A stretch of DNA of 57,004 nt, counting the filler, from Barthelona sp. PAP020 (lineage: Eukaryota): NCBI GenBank assembly GCA_040182905.1. It is 2 parts of 2 records of this genome, joined end to end, with 100 filler letters (N's around TTAATTAATTAA, not from the genome) between each part and the next. Parts side by side here need not be neighbours in the genome. Positions count along the whole stretch, not along the records: positions 1 to 28,496 come from JARQWU010000123.1; 1 more part is not named here. The stretch is one strand, 5' to 3'. Below the pieces are notes generated by a model, which was not told the origin of the DNA, ran no database searches, and saw nothing but the letters and a program-made list of their open reading frames with translations. A program made the position numbers and the translations under genes. Positions 10,421 through 20,981 of this stretch are shown in pieces. Each line of letters begins with the position of its first letter. The stretch's first letter is position 1.

Positions 10421-12289
10421 TCAAATTAGAAAATTATAAACAGGTGAAACATACGTTGGATCTTCTGATAAATCATGAAAATCATCTAGATGTTTTAAAT
10501 TTGCAATATTTGAAAAAATTAATGAAAGTTTGGTGAAAAAAATTTCAATTGAATCTTCTTTGGGTGTTAAAAGATGAAAGGAATGATTTGAATTCTTAAA
10601 ATTTCTGAAATTTTTTAAATCGTTTGAAGAAGAATTATCTAAAGAGTTTGAAGTTGTATTTATTGAAATATTTGTGTCAAAACATTTAATGTTCAAAAAT
10701 ATATGATCAATTTGCTCATAAAAGATGAAAGAATTGAAATCTTTCAAAAGTTTTATTTCTTCCAAATCATTCATTATTTCTAATTCTAAATATAAGACTT
10801 GACAATGAATACTGTTGAGAAAATCAAATATTTGGTTGATATTGAAAGAAGCAAAGAAAGAAAAATTCAATTTTAAAAAAGAAAATTTTGGTTTTGTTTG
10901 AAAATTTTTCTTTAAAACATTTAACAATTCAAAAAAGATAGCTGAATTAACATTAAAAGAAAGATATATGTTTTGAAGCTGTTCATGTTTTGAAAATAAA
11001 TTTTTGATGAAAGTTTTGAAATTTTTTTTTTTGAATTTTGAAAGTTTGTCAAAATTTAAATTCAAAGTGTTACAATTTCTAATCGGAGAAGATGATTGAT
11101 TATCCAAAATGAAAAATTCCAAATATTTCAAATTTTGGTTTTGTTTTTGTTTTTGATTTGGAATTTGAGTGTTGTCTAATGAAACGCAACTGAAATGAGT
11201 ACAAATTGTTTGTATTTTTTCAAAAAATTCACCCATACTGGTGCAATCAGTCAGCAAATCCAAGGATTTAGCAAGATTTGCTGTGAAACTAAATTCTGAG
11301 ATTTGTAAACAAAAATCAATTTTGGTAGCAAAGTCTTCAGAAATGAATTCTTTCCAATCAAAATTTAGCGGTAAAATTTCAATTAAATCGTTTTCCAGAT
11401 CAAATAAATCTTTTGATGTGATTAACTGCAGACTAAACAATCGAATATTTTCGTTATTTATAAAAGGTAAAAATCGTCTCAAGATAGTGAATAAATCATT
11501 TCTACGGAAATATTTAACAATAAAAACATCCCCAAAATCAATCAACTCAGAAAATATCAACGATGAAGTGTATATGATGGAGCACTTTTTCTTCAAATTA
11601 CTGATATTTATTGTCCCATTCGAAAATTCAACATTCAAATGAACACAATGAGGCAAACACAAAGTTAAATATTTATGATTCGAGATAATGTTACAAGAAA
11701 AAATTATGCAATTATTTAGCATTATTTCACGATTTAATATGCTGATATTTTGATTATAAACAATATATTTAATGTTATGATTCTCACAAAATTCTAAATT
11801 ATCATTGATGTCAATATCATCAATAAAAATTCCTTCAATATTCATCTGACATAAAAAAGGAAAAATTTCTAACCCACTTTTTTGTAAATCTCGTATCAAA
11901 AACAATTCTTCAATACTTAATTCACAATCTATATTGTAATATTTGTCAATGAAAAACAATTTGCAAAAAATTTTTGAAATGGTCAAATGAAAAATATTTG
12001 CCTGCATTTTTTTTTTTTCTTCAATCATATTTTTTTTCATTTTTTTGCAGATATCAACGTATGAAAATTTATTATGAAAATATTGAAATGATTGTTCATT
12101 GAAAAAAACCATCATTTTTGTGTAATTGATTATCAAATGTATTAATAAGTCTGTATTATTTGCATTAAATTCAAATTCTATCCCATTAATATTCTCATTT
12201 TCATAATAAAATCTATCATAAATTGTTGATGATAATATTTGATCATATTCTAAACTCTTATTCAATGTTCGCAGCGTTAAATTACTCAT
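10421..12289 (-). CDS. Hypothetical protein, F/I/N/K-rich, possibly degenerate LRR-like
   Basis: 622-aa open frame with no recognisable motif; some L..l.l spacing in the C-terminal half. Confidence 0.5.
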   Translation of the reverse strand: MSNLTLRTLNKSLEYDQILSSTIYDRFYYENENINGIEFEFNANNTDLLIHLIINYTKMMVFFNEQSFQYFHNKFSYVDICKKMKKNMIEEKKKMQANIFHLTISKIFCKLFFIDKYYNIDCELSIEELFLIRDLQKSGLEIFPFLCQMNIEGIFIDDIDINDNLEFCENHNIKYIVYNQNISILNREIMLNNCIIFSCNIISNHKYLTLCLPHCVHLNVEFSNGTINISNLKKKCSIIYTSSLIFSELIDFGDVFIVKYFRRNDLFTILRRFLPFINNENIRLFSLQLITSKDLFDLENDLIEILPLNFDWKEFISEDFATKIDFCLQISEFSFTANLAKSLDLLTDCTSMGEFFEKIQTICTHFSCVSLDNTQIPNQKQKQNQNLKYLEFFILDNQSSSPIRNCNTLNLNFDKLSKFKKKNFKTFIKNLFSKHEQLQNIYLSFNVNSAIFFELLNVLKKNFQTKPKFSFLKLNFSFFASFNINQIFDFLNSIHCQVLYLELEIMNDLEEIKLLKDFNSFIFYEQIDHIFLNIKCFDTNISINTTSNSLDNSSSNDLKNFRNFKNSNHSFHLLTPKEDSIEIFFTKLSLIFSNIANLKHLDDFHDLSEDPTYVSPVYNFLI

Positions 12290-12658
12290 ATATCATACTC
12301 GTAAAATAATTTAATTGTTTTAATTATTTTAATAATAAAAAAAGTCTTATGAATCCATCACTTACATTTTTTTTTTTCATTTAAATATTTATGTTTTTAT
12401 TTTTACTTCTTCTTCTTTCACAACCCTTTTATTTGTGGAAACTAAATCAAGTTTGACAAATAAAATTTTTTGAACTTTGTGTGTTGAACACAATCATAGT
12501 TTTAACCATCTTTTTTTTCAAAAATAAGCAAACCTTTTTACAACTAAAACTTATTTGTTTATCAAAGGTGCATGAAATACTGGGGATGAAAACACTTAAA
12601 AATAAAAACAATAAATATTTACCAATTCTTTTCACAATATTAACACAAAAGAAACACA

Positions 12659-14338
12659 TTATTCAGATAAAAAGAAGTCGCCATACCATTCTTGAGGATG
12701 TTCAAATACAGGATTGATGGAACTCGTCAATTGAGTCTGAGGATCTGTAATTAACCAAGAAAGCTTCTTAAAATCAGCATTTTCAAATTGTTCACGATAT
12801 AATGCAATTGTTTCTTCTTCCTGCCTTTCAAGCAAACCTTCCAAATATTGCTTTCTATCCTTACATTGATCAGAAAATACATTTTCACAAATTTCACTCA
12901 ATGTCATTAAACTGACAAATTTAGACAAACCACGAACATTCAATCTTCCTTCTTTGTAAACAGTGGACTTTAAGGTATAGTATTGTCCTCTAATCATTGG
13001 AATAGAAATTAAAGGACCCTTATCAGTAACATTTTCATCCCAACCTTCAGCTTTCCAATAGAAGTTATCCTTTCCACCAACTAAAGTCATTACATTGTAA
13101 TGAGCAGCTCTATAATTGTCCAAATCTTCAATAGAATAATCGGAAATATTTTCATCAACATTAACATAACCCAATTGCAAAAATCTGTGCAAAGTGATTG
13201 AATTTTTGCTAACTTTAGTATAGGTGAATGTGAAATAAGGTAAATCGCAAACTTCTTCAATAGACCATTGATGATTTCTGGTTGGAAGTTTATTGATGTC
13301 CAATTGTGGTAAAATGATTCCGAATCCACGTTTAAAGTACTTATTTAAACGTTTTTCATATGTGGTTGATCTTCTACTAGGGTCAACAATGTTCATACCA
13401 TATTCATAAGAAAAACGACTCAAAGTGGTGAAATAGACATTTTCACCATCAAAACCAACTGCAGAAGCACCAACATCGAATCCGTGTAAAATTTCTGACT
13501 TGGTTTGATATAATCTCAAAATAATCTGAATGGTAAACCCTTCAGCCATGAAAGTAATGGAATTCTTTGACCTGGTTTGTTCAATATGAGGTAAACAAAT
13601 ACTATCGGCACAATTGGGGAACTCTTCTTCCCAATTTTCATAATCAACGACCAATTTGGATCCTACTCTCTTAAACTGAACCTTTTCAGTAATTTCTTCC
13701 TTTAAATCCTTTTTCATTTGAGTTAATTCTTTATTTAAAGATCTTTTTGTTTTCTTGAAACCCTTACCTTTCCTTGCAACAATAGTTTTCCTTGCAACAT
13801 TGTAATCAGAATATTGATTATTTTGAGGTTGTTGTTGTTGAACATCACTTGGTAATTCTCTTTCAACAATGGTATGAGCAACACTTTCAATGAAAGCTTC
13901 AGTCTTGTTTTTAATCATTGTCTCTTTGAGATCTCTCAATAATTGATCAACTCTCTGGTTTCCTTCTTCTTCTGTCTTAAGACCATGGAAAAAAATATCA
14001 ATATCTTGTCCATTAGAATAGCCTCTTTTTCTATATCTTCCTCCAGGGTTAGATTCACCTCGAATAATGGTTCCAACAGAACCACCAGCGATTAACAAAT
14101 GATCCATAGGTAATCCTTTTAATAAAGGAAACTTTTCATAAAAAGAGTGAATAAATCTTTCCAAATCAAAATATACTTCAATTTGATTATAAACAGCTTC
14201 TCCCAAATCAGAAACAACAGTAGGAAACTCATAGTTCCATTCTTTAAGTTCTAATTCTTCTAACTTGTGTAAGTCATTAGAAACACCAGCATATCTGTGG
14301 GCAGCATCAATTTCAAGAACAGTAGGGACAATACTCAT
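12659..14338 (-). CDS. Uncharacterised nucleotidyltransferase-fold (pol-beta superfamily) protein
   Basis: LLIAGGSV...QDIDIFF (hG[GS]...DxD), followed by IQIILRLY..KSEILHGFD...AVGFDG, DPSRRSTTYEKRLNKYFKRGF and C-terminal PQTQLTSSINP...WYG. Confidence 0.75.
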   Translation of the reverse strand: MSIVPTVLEIDAAHRYAGVSNDLHKLEELELKEWNYEFPTVVSDLGEAVYNQIEVYFDLERFIHSFYEKFPLLKGLPMDHLLIAGGSVGTIIRGESNPGGRYRKRGYSNGQDIDIFFHGLKTEEEGNQRVDQLLRDLKETMIKNKTEAFIESVAHTIVERELPSDVQQQQPQNNQYSDYNVARKTIVARKGKGFKKTKRSLNKELTQMKKDLKEEITEKVQFKRVGSKLVVDYENWEEEFPNCADSICLPHIEQTRSKNSITFMAEGFTIQIILRLYQTKSEILHGFDVGASAVGFDGENVYFTTLSRFSYEYGMNIVDPSRRSTTYEKRLNKYFKRGFGIILPQLDINKLPTRNHQWSIEEVCDLPYFTFTYTKVSKNSITLHRFLQLGYVNVDENISDYSIEDLDNYRAAHYNVMTLVGGKDNFYWKAEGWDENVTDKGPLISIPMIRGQYYTLKSTVYKEGRLNVRGLSKFVSLMTLSEICENVFSDQCKDRKQYLEGLLERQEEETIALYREQFENADFKKLSWLITDPQTQLTSSINPVFEHPQEWYGDFFLSE

Positions 14339-14698
14339 ATTTTTTTTTGGACAATAACTAAAAAAAAAAAGACAAAGAGAAAAGTTACGAATTTTCTTGA
14401 ACTTGTTTTCCTTTCTTCAATCAATAATTCTTAGCAATTCAAATTTTTCACAACTTTTAATTAAAAATTGAACCATTGAAAATATTATCAATATTGAAAA
14501 AATTATCGTGTGAAATTGAATCTTTTATCTTTATGAAACAAATTCATTTCCAAAAGAAAAGCAACCTATAACAGCATTAATTGTTGGTAAATTTTGAATT
14601 CCAAATTTGAAACCATTATTATGTAAAAAAAAAAAAAACATAAATTGTATGATACTACCGTTTATTAACTATGCGCGAAATTCACGGATAAAACAAAA

Positions 14699-15055
14699 TT
14701 AGAGGAAACCAATACCGAAATCAGAAGATTCTTCTTCTTCTTCTTCTTCTTCTTCTTCGGCATCAGCAGCAGCTGTTGTTTCAGCAGGTCCAGAAGAAGC
14801 AGCAACAGCGGTTGTAGAGGGACCAGCAGAAGCAGCACCGGCAATAAGTTCCTTAAGGTCAAGATTGGCAAGAACACCAGCATAGATCTTGGGAAGATAA
14901 GCTTCGAAAGAAATCTTGGCAGCAGTTAAGATGCTTGAGATAGCTTCAGGCTAAATTGTTAGTACATCGTAACATCATAAACATACAGTGATGGGTAAAC
15001 CTTCATCTTGAAGAATAAGAGCAGAGTAAAGAATAGCACGTTGGACGTCTTGCAT
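14699..15055 (-). CDS. RPLP1: 60S acidic ribosomal protein P1 (exons 15055-14987 and 14950-14699; 106 aa)
   Basis: Spliced translation MQDVQRAILYSALILQDEGLPIT/PEAISSILTAAKISFEAYLPKIYA..., Ala-rich hinge, poly-E, SSDFGIGFL*. It needs removal of a 36-nt GT-AG intron and is absent from the ORF track. Confidence 0.93.
14951..14986 (-). other. Spliceosomal intron (36 nt) in RPLP1
   Basis: GTATGT...TACTAAC AATTTAG; contains an in-frame TGA. Confidence 0.92.
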
Positions 15056-15152
15056 AGGAAACTAAAACGGTTCTAACAAAGTAGAAAAATAAATTTTTGT
15101 GTCTCCAATTTTTGTCTAATTTTTCAACAATTTTTAAAACCACTTCTTTTCC

Positions 15153-15470
15153 ATGAGTTCTGTTGAAGAGACTTTAACCAGAATACAACAACATCCAGGT
15201 GTTGAAGGTTTTATCATTGTGAATAATGAAGGAAATGTCATTCGACGTTCAAAAAGTTTTGAAGATGAAAATAAACTTGAAATGGTTAATTTATATGCAG
15301 ATCTATTGAAGGATTTTTCAGCACAGAGTAAATCGGCTGTAAGAGATTTAGATCCAACAAATGAACTGTCTTTTATTCGTTTACGTTCCGAAAAACATGA
15401 AATAATGATTGCTCCTGAACAACAATACACAATTATTGTATTTCAAGATCCATCTCAACAAGCTATGTGA
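15153..15470 (+). CDS. DYNLRB: Dynein light chain, roadblock/LC7 type
   Basis: VEETLTRIQQHPGVEGFIIVN and SAVRDLDPTNELSFIRLRSEKHEIMIAP. Confidence 0.95.
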   Translation: MSSVEETLTRIQQHPGVEGFIIVNNEGNVIRRSKSFEDENKLEMVNLYADLLKDFSAQSKSAVRDLDPTNELSFIRLRSEKHEIMIAPEQQYTIIVFQDPSQQAM

Positions 15471-15924
15471 CCTATGTTGTTCAAATTATTTTTTGTTTTG
15501 GTTTTTTTCCTTATTTGCCTTGAATTTTTTTAATTCTTTTCTTTTATTCTGTATTAACATTTCTATTTAAGCTATTTGTGTGTATTTATATAAATTTTTT
15601 GATTTTCTTCAAATTTTTTTTTTTTAAATAAATCAATTTGAGTGTTAAAAATAAGTAAACATTGGTTATTTTCACAACTTTTAACAATTTTTGAGGAAAC
15701 ATTTTATGAGCATATTTTCTTTCAATATTAATTTTGGTGAAGTTTTTTAAAACAGCTCACTCATAGTTTCTTTCAAAAAAAAAAAGGAAAAGAATAAGAA
15801 TAATCAATAAATTAAAATATTTACTGAAAAAAGTATATCCTGGCAATCCGACGCATGAAAAGTTTATATGGGGAGGGCGGAACCCTAAGACTCTTGCATT
15901 TAATTCGACCAAAAAACAAAAAAA

Positions 15925-16599
15925 TCATCTAAAATGTGGCTCTAAAAGTGTAACAATATTTGGATGACCTTTATTTCTGGCAGCCTCAATAACTGAGGTA
16001 GTATTATTATATTTAACATTAACATCAGCATTGTACGCCAAAAGTAACCTAACAACCTCAATGAAACCATTTTGTGCACTGAGAAACAATGCTGAAGCAC
16101 CATTCTTCAATGAAGTATTGACATCAGCTCCATGATCCAATAAAAGTCTGACAACATCAAGATGTCCTCTGTCGGCAGCTTTCAATAAAGAAGTACTACT
16201 GTCCATTTTTCTTTGCATGTGAACAGACGCTCCACGTTTCAACAACAATCTAACAACATCCAGTTTGTTTTCTTGAGAAGCAACGTATAACGGGAAAAAG
16301 CCATCAACGGTTGCCAAGTTTGGATCCGCTCCAAAATCCAATAGTAGTTCAACTATATCAACATGACCGCCAAAAGCAGCTCCATACAGAGCAGTTCTTC
16401 CTCCTTTTCCTTGTGTATTCACATCAACCCCAGCCAAAATGCATTGTTTAACCACATCAAGCTTTCCTTCAAGGGCTGCTGGATAGATCGTCTTTGGACG
16501 ACCATCATTTTCAAAACCCTCAACATCAAACAGATTTGGAACGACAACAGCATTCATACGATGTTTCACAAATGGGTTAATACCATTATTTGATTGCAT
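15925..16599 (-). CDS. Ankyrin repeat protein (about 5 repeats); likely start MQSNNG at 16599
   Basis: Repeats such as GRTALYGAAFGGHVDIVELLLDFGADPN and GASALFLSAQNGFIEVVRLLLAYNADVN. The 39 upstream codons look like AT-rich UTR. Confidence 0.9.
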   Translation of the reverse strand: MQSNNGINPFVKHRMNAVVVPNLFDVEGFENDGRPKTIYPAALEGKLDVVKQCILAGVDVNTQGKGGRTALYGAAFGGHVDIVELLLDFGADPNLATVDGFFPLYVASQENKLDVVRLLLKRGASVHMQRKMDSSTSLLKAADRGHLDVVRLLLDHGADVNTSLKNGASALFLSAQNGFIEVVRLLLAYNADVNVKYNNTTSVIEAARNKGHPNIVTLLEPHFR

Positions 16600-16910
16600 A
16601 TTTGACGAGTTACAAAAACTTAAAGAAGAAAAAATTGGGGAAAAAAAAATCTTTGAAAAATTCTTCAATCTCGAAACGATCTCAGTTCCTTCAAAAAATT
16701 TTAAAAAATTCTGCATTACACAATTGAAATAAATAGTTTAACTCATTAAACAATAAAACTGATTTTTTGAAGATTTGGAATTCTCTTCTCTAGTGAAGAG
16801 TAATTTTAGATATGGACAGTTTTTTTGACCCAAACACAGATCCAAATCTATTCTCCACTTGAATTTATATTATGCAGAAAAAAAAAAAATTCTTTTACAA
16901 AAGACCAAAA

Positions 16911-19028
16911 TTATGTTTCTGAATCAACAGTAACTGTGTCTAAAACGTCTTCAATATCAAGTTTACCATCAAAAGTGGAAACAGATTGATTTGTTTGCAA
17001 GTTGTCCAAAGAACTCAATCTGGATTGTGAAGATCTTCCAAACTTCAAATTGGGAAAACTAGCACTGGATATTTTCCTTCTGTTTTCTTGTGTCATCTTA
17101 ACAAATTCATTTACCCTGCTTATTCTTTCTCTCTGCCTCTGATTTATCAACCACTGAAAAGCACCAACCCACTCATTCATCATGGCAGGATTTTCACATT
17201 CTAAATCAAGTGTTCGATCTCGTCCAACCAATGAAAAACATGACATTTCTCTCCCAGGCTCACCAGATTGACGTTCAAAAATCTTTGTTGTCTGGCCCTT
17301 CCTTATTTCATCAATATCGCTCCAAAATATGTGCCCTTTTGCTTGTGTGTTTGAACTATTAGCATCTCTCCATTGAATTAAATCGAGTGAATTGGACATC
17401 CAAACCAATCTCTTTTTTGGAGAGCCTCTATGACCATGTTTCAAGAATACTCCACCTTCAATTAGCAAGTTTTTAATTTTTTGCTCCTGTTCAGCAATGT
17501 ATTTTTGTTCTTCAAGTTGTTTTCTTTGTTTTTCCTTTTGTTTTCTTAACTTTTTGGCTTCATATTCTATCTGCAATTGTAATCTCTTTTCTTCTGCTGC
17601 TTTTTGTTCTTCTTTTTGTTTCTTTTTTCTTTCTTCAGATTCAACAGCACGTATTTGCTCTCTAATTTTATTCAATTCCCTTTGTTTGTCAAGTTGTAAA
17701 GCTTGTAATTTTTTCTTTCGCAATCGATCAACACGACGACGACGTTCTTCCTCTTTTCGCATCAAAACCATCTCATTTAATCTATTTTCCTCCATTTCAA
17801 CCAAATTTTGTCTACATTTTCTAACCTCCATGTACATTAGCTCCTTTTCTAATTCAACCATATCTTCCTCCTCTTCGAGGGCAATTTTACGTTGTTCTTC
17901 ATGTTCATTCATCAATTGAAGCTCTTTACTAACACTATTAACTTGTGTGACACCAATCAATTTGGATCGAGCTAAATCATGACTTTTCATGAAAACCAAC
18001 TCACTATTTCTCATTTCCTCTTCCAATTCCAACTGTAATTGACGTTCTCGTTCCTCCATATACATAAGATTTGGTTCATTTTCAATAAACTCCATAATGT
18101 TTCGAACCAATATTTTTGCTTGTGCCAAAATTTCAGGTAATATTTCTCGGAAACAGTTTCCAAAAAATTTATCATACAACAATCTGAAGTGTGATGTCTG
18201 AAGCTGTCCTAACTCATCTTGAATGTTTAATCGCGGAATCCATACCCTTTCAAGTATTTCATTCATTCTTGGTTGAAAAACCTCACAAATTTGAGATTCC
18301 AATCTTTTTATGTTGTTTTCTATGGTTTCAGTATCATCAATTAAAGCAAATATTGAGAAATCACGATTACTCCACATAACCCACTCCAATTGAATTGCTT
18401 GTATGATGGAATACTTGTGTTTCCTCATCAACTCATCATGTAAATACTCTATTTGTTCTTGAATTACCTGTTGCTGACGTTTGAAATAATCATCCTTTGT
18501 GGCATTAAAACTCTTCCACAACCTTATTGATTCTTCCTTTTTGATATCTTCATGTATCCTCGTTTTTGCTAAATCTTCCTTCATTTGACGATGTTTATCC
18601 ATAACATCTTCAGAAATACTATTAAACTGTTTCACTGAATTTATCACATCATAATCTCTTTGCTCTTTCCGACGTTTCATCACAACTTCAATAATATCTT
18701 CAAAAGCTTGAGAATACAAATCTGTTGAATGGGAAAATTCATCAGTAATCTGCTTAATCCGATAATCAACACTTTGGTTTGCTCTTGTATTCAATTGTTC
18801 TTTAAACGTTTTAAGATTCTGTTCTCTTTCTTGTTCATCCTTTAATATCTTGTTTTTAATTGAATAATTTAGTTGTCTTTCATTAAATGAACTCATATCA
18901 GTCAATTTTTTTTGAATTAACTCTTTCGATTCTTGTTTAGACTTTGATAATTCAATCGCAGAATTTAAAATATCATACCATTCAGCATCGGAAAAATTAT
19001 CATTAACATTAATATAAGGTGAAGTCAT
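16911..19028 (-). CDS. Coiled-coil protein with a C-terminal PLC/Mcp5-type PH domain
   Basis: Long E/K/R/Q-rich helix, then GGVFLKHGHRGSPKKRLVW, IDEIRKGQTTKIF and CFSLVGRDRTLDLEC...EWVGAF. Confidence 0.8.
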   Translation of the reverse strand: MTSPYINVNDNFSDAEWYDILNSAIELSKSKQESKELIQKKLTDMSSFNERQLNYSIKNKILKDEQEREQNLKTFKEQLNTRANQSVDYRIKQITDEFSHSTDLYSQAFEDIIEVVMKRRKEQRDYDVINSVKQFNSISEDVMDKHRQMKEDLAKTRIHEDIKKEESIRLWKSFNATKDDYFKRQQQVIQEQIEYLHDELMRKHKYSIIQAIQLEWVMWSNRDFSIFALIDDTETIENNIKRLESQICEVFQPRMNEILERVWIPRLNIQDELGQLQTSHFRLLYDKFFGNCFREILPEILAQAKILVRNIMEFIENEPNLMYMEERERQLQLELEEEMRNSELVFMKSHDLARSKLIGVTQVNSVSKELQLMNEHEEQRKIALEEEEDMVELEKELMYMEVRKCRQNLVEMEENRLNEMVLMRKEEERRRRVDRLRKKKLQALQLDKQRELNKIREQIRAVESEERKKKQKEEQKAAEEKRLQLQIEYEAKKLRKQKEKQRKQLEEQKYIAEQEQKIKNLLIEGGVFLKHGHRGSPKKRLVWMSNSLDLIQWRDANSSNTQAKGHIFWSDIDEIRKGQTTKIFERQSGEPGREMSCFSLVGRDRTLDLECENPAMMNEWVGAFQWLINQRQRERISRVNEFVKMTQENRRKISSASFPNLKFGRSSQSRLSSLDNLQTNQSVSTFDGKLDIEDVLDTVTVDSET

Positions 19029-19120
19029 CTTATATTGCGATAAATAATTAAATCAAAACAATCGTTTTGATTTTTTATAACCTTTTTTTTTGTGATATTT
19101 ATTATTCAAAAAACAGTTAT

Positions 19121-20408
19121 ATGACCATATCTGCTTTATATATATTGGATTCAAGTGTATTTTATTGAATATTTTTACAATAATATTAACTTATATTAGG
19201 GAAATACTTTAATATTGAGAGATTATAGAGGTGACATTCCATTAAATAGTATAGATGAATGGAAAGAAACAGTTTTAATAGAAATATCTGAACATAACAA
19301 CATGATTGGACCAATTATTGAAACAAGTTCTTGTTTTTGGTGTTATGTAACCATTAAAGATTTTTATTTTGTTGCTTCTGTAAAACAAAATCATAATTGT
19401 CTTGAAATATTATCATTTTTATACAATATTTTAAATGTCTTTAAAACATATTTTGGAAAAAAAATTACTTCCCAAATATTCAAAGATAATTTTCCTTTAG
19501 TATATGAAATCTTGGACGAAGTTATGGATGGTGGAATACCTCAAACAACAGAAGCTGAAGTTTTAAAAGAATTTATCAAGTATGATTCCAAAGACCTATA
19601 TTTGGAAGATGTTAATGTTCCTAATGCGATTACTGGCGCTGTTACATGGAGAGATGAGAATGTCTTTCACAAGGAAAATTCCTTGTATGTTGATGTTGTT
19701 GAATCAGCAAATGTATTGTATTCTACTAGTAATGAAGTCATATCCTTTGATGTATCTGGACAAGTAAATGTCAGAGCTGAATTAACCGGAATGCCTGAAG
19801 TCACAATGGGTTTCAATTCAGTACTTTTCTGTGATTTGCTTGATCATCTGAGCTTTCATCATTGTATTAGACATCAAGATTTTGAAGAAACTCAAAAGTT
19901 AACCTTCATTCCTCCAGATGGTGATTTTGTCTTATTTGACTACAAAATCCGTCAAGAAAGCACACCTCCATTTCGTGTCAATGCTTCCGTCTCTACAATA
20001 GACAACAAAATACAGTACAACATCAAAGTTCGAGCACTATTTCCTCATCATGCTATTGCAAAGGATATCATTGTTGTTATTCCAGTCAGCAATGATGTCG
20101 ATTCACCAAAATTCAATCCTTCTGTTGGTAGAGCTGGTTACTTACCTGAACATAATGCAATCGCTTGGAGAATTTCAATCTTAGAAGGACAAGAAGAAGT
20201 AGGTTTAAAAGCCAGTTTTGGTTTACCAGAATATAAATCAACAAAAGAATTCAATCAACAGCCAATAAGATTGCACTTTAAAATTCCATCTTTTTCAATA
20301 TCTTCAATTGCTATTAGATTCTGTAAAATCATCGAAAAAAGTGGTTATGATGCCAATTCATTTGTAAAATATCTGACAAAAAGTGGTAAATTTGAAATTC
20401 GTATGTAA
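19121..20408 (+). CDS. AP1M: Adaptor complex medium (mu) subunit, AP-1-like (exons 19121-19156 and 19200-20408)
   Basis: Spliced N-terminus MTISALYILDSS/GNTLILRDYRGD; KDNFPLVYEILDEVMDGG.PQTTE, AVTWR, FIPPDGDF, DSPKF, ASFGLP and KIIEKSGY. Confidence 0.85.
19157..19199 (+). other. Spliceosomal intron (43 nt) in the AP mu gene
   Basis: GTATTT...TATTAAC TTATATTAG; removal restores the conserved longin N-terminus in frame. Confidence 0.88.
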
Positions 20409-20981
20409 GGTGAGTATTTTCATATAAATAGTAAAAAATTCATTTGTTTATTCATATTTGGATTCAAATTTTAAAAAATAACATCATTGCAATTCCAAAG
20501 ATGAAAGGGTTTGACAGTGTTTGACTGAAGATTTATTCTTTCAACATTTTGTCAATTTTTTAAACAAATATTTTTCTTTATTTTTCACAGGTTCTATTGA
20601 TAATGGAATAGTCTTATAATTCAAATGTGTCAAATGTGATGTTGATAGTGATATCTAGCTTTTCTAAAAGTATGTCAAACATGTGTTTCTTTGAAGTGAA
20701 AAATTTGGTCGGGTGTTGTGTGGAGTTCACCCATTAAATGTATAAAATATGTAAAATATGAAAAATGAAGATTCAAATATTTAAAATGTTAAATTATTTT
20801 GCAAGAAGAGTTCAAAAAAATTTTCAACACCAATTTTTTTCAAGTAATTCAATTTATTTTAACAATTATAAACGCGTTTAATTTTTAATATAATGTACTA
20901 TTTTATTCATAAAAAAAAAACACAAGTTGTCAAAAAGTACATAACAATTTTTTTTTTTTTTGGATTTTTTGAGAAGCAAAG

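Noticed and set aside
14665..14883. 72-aa ORF with poly-Leu and poly-Lys
   Set aside because: An alternative frame of RPLP1 exon 2.
20699..20738. Hairpin GGGTG...CACCC preceded by an Sm-site-like AATTTGG
   Set aside because: No U1, U2, U4 or U5 signature upstream, so too little evidence for an snRNA call.
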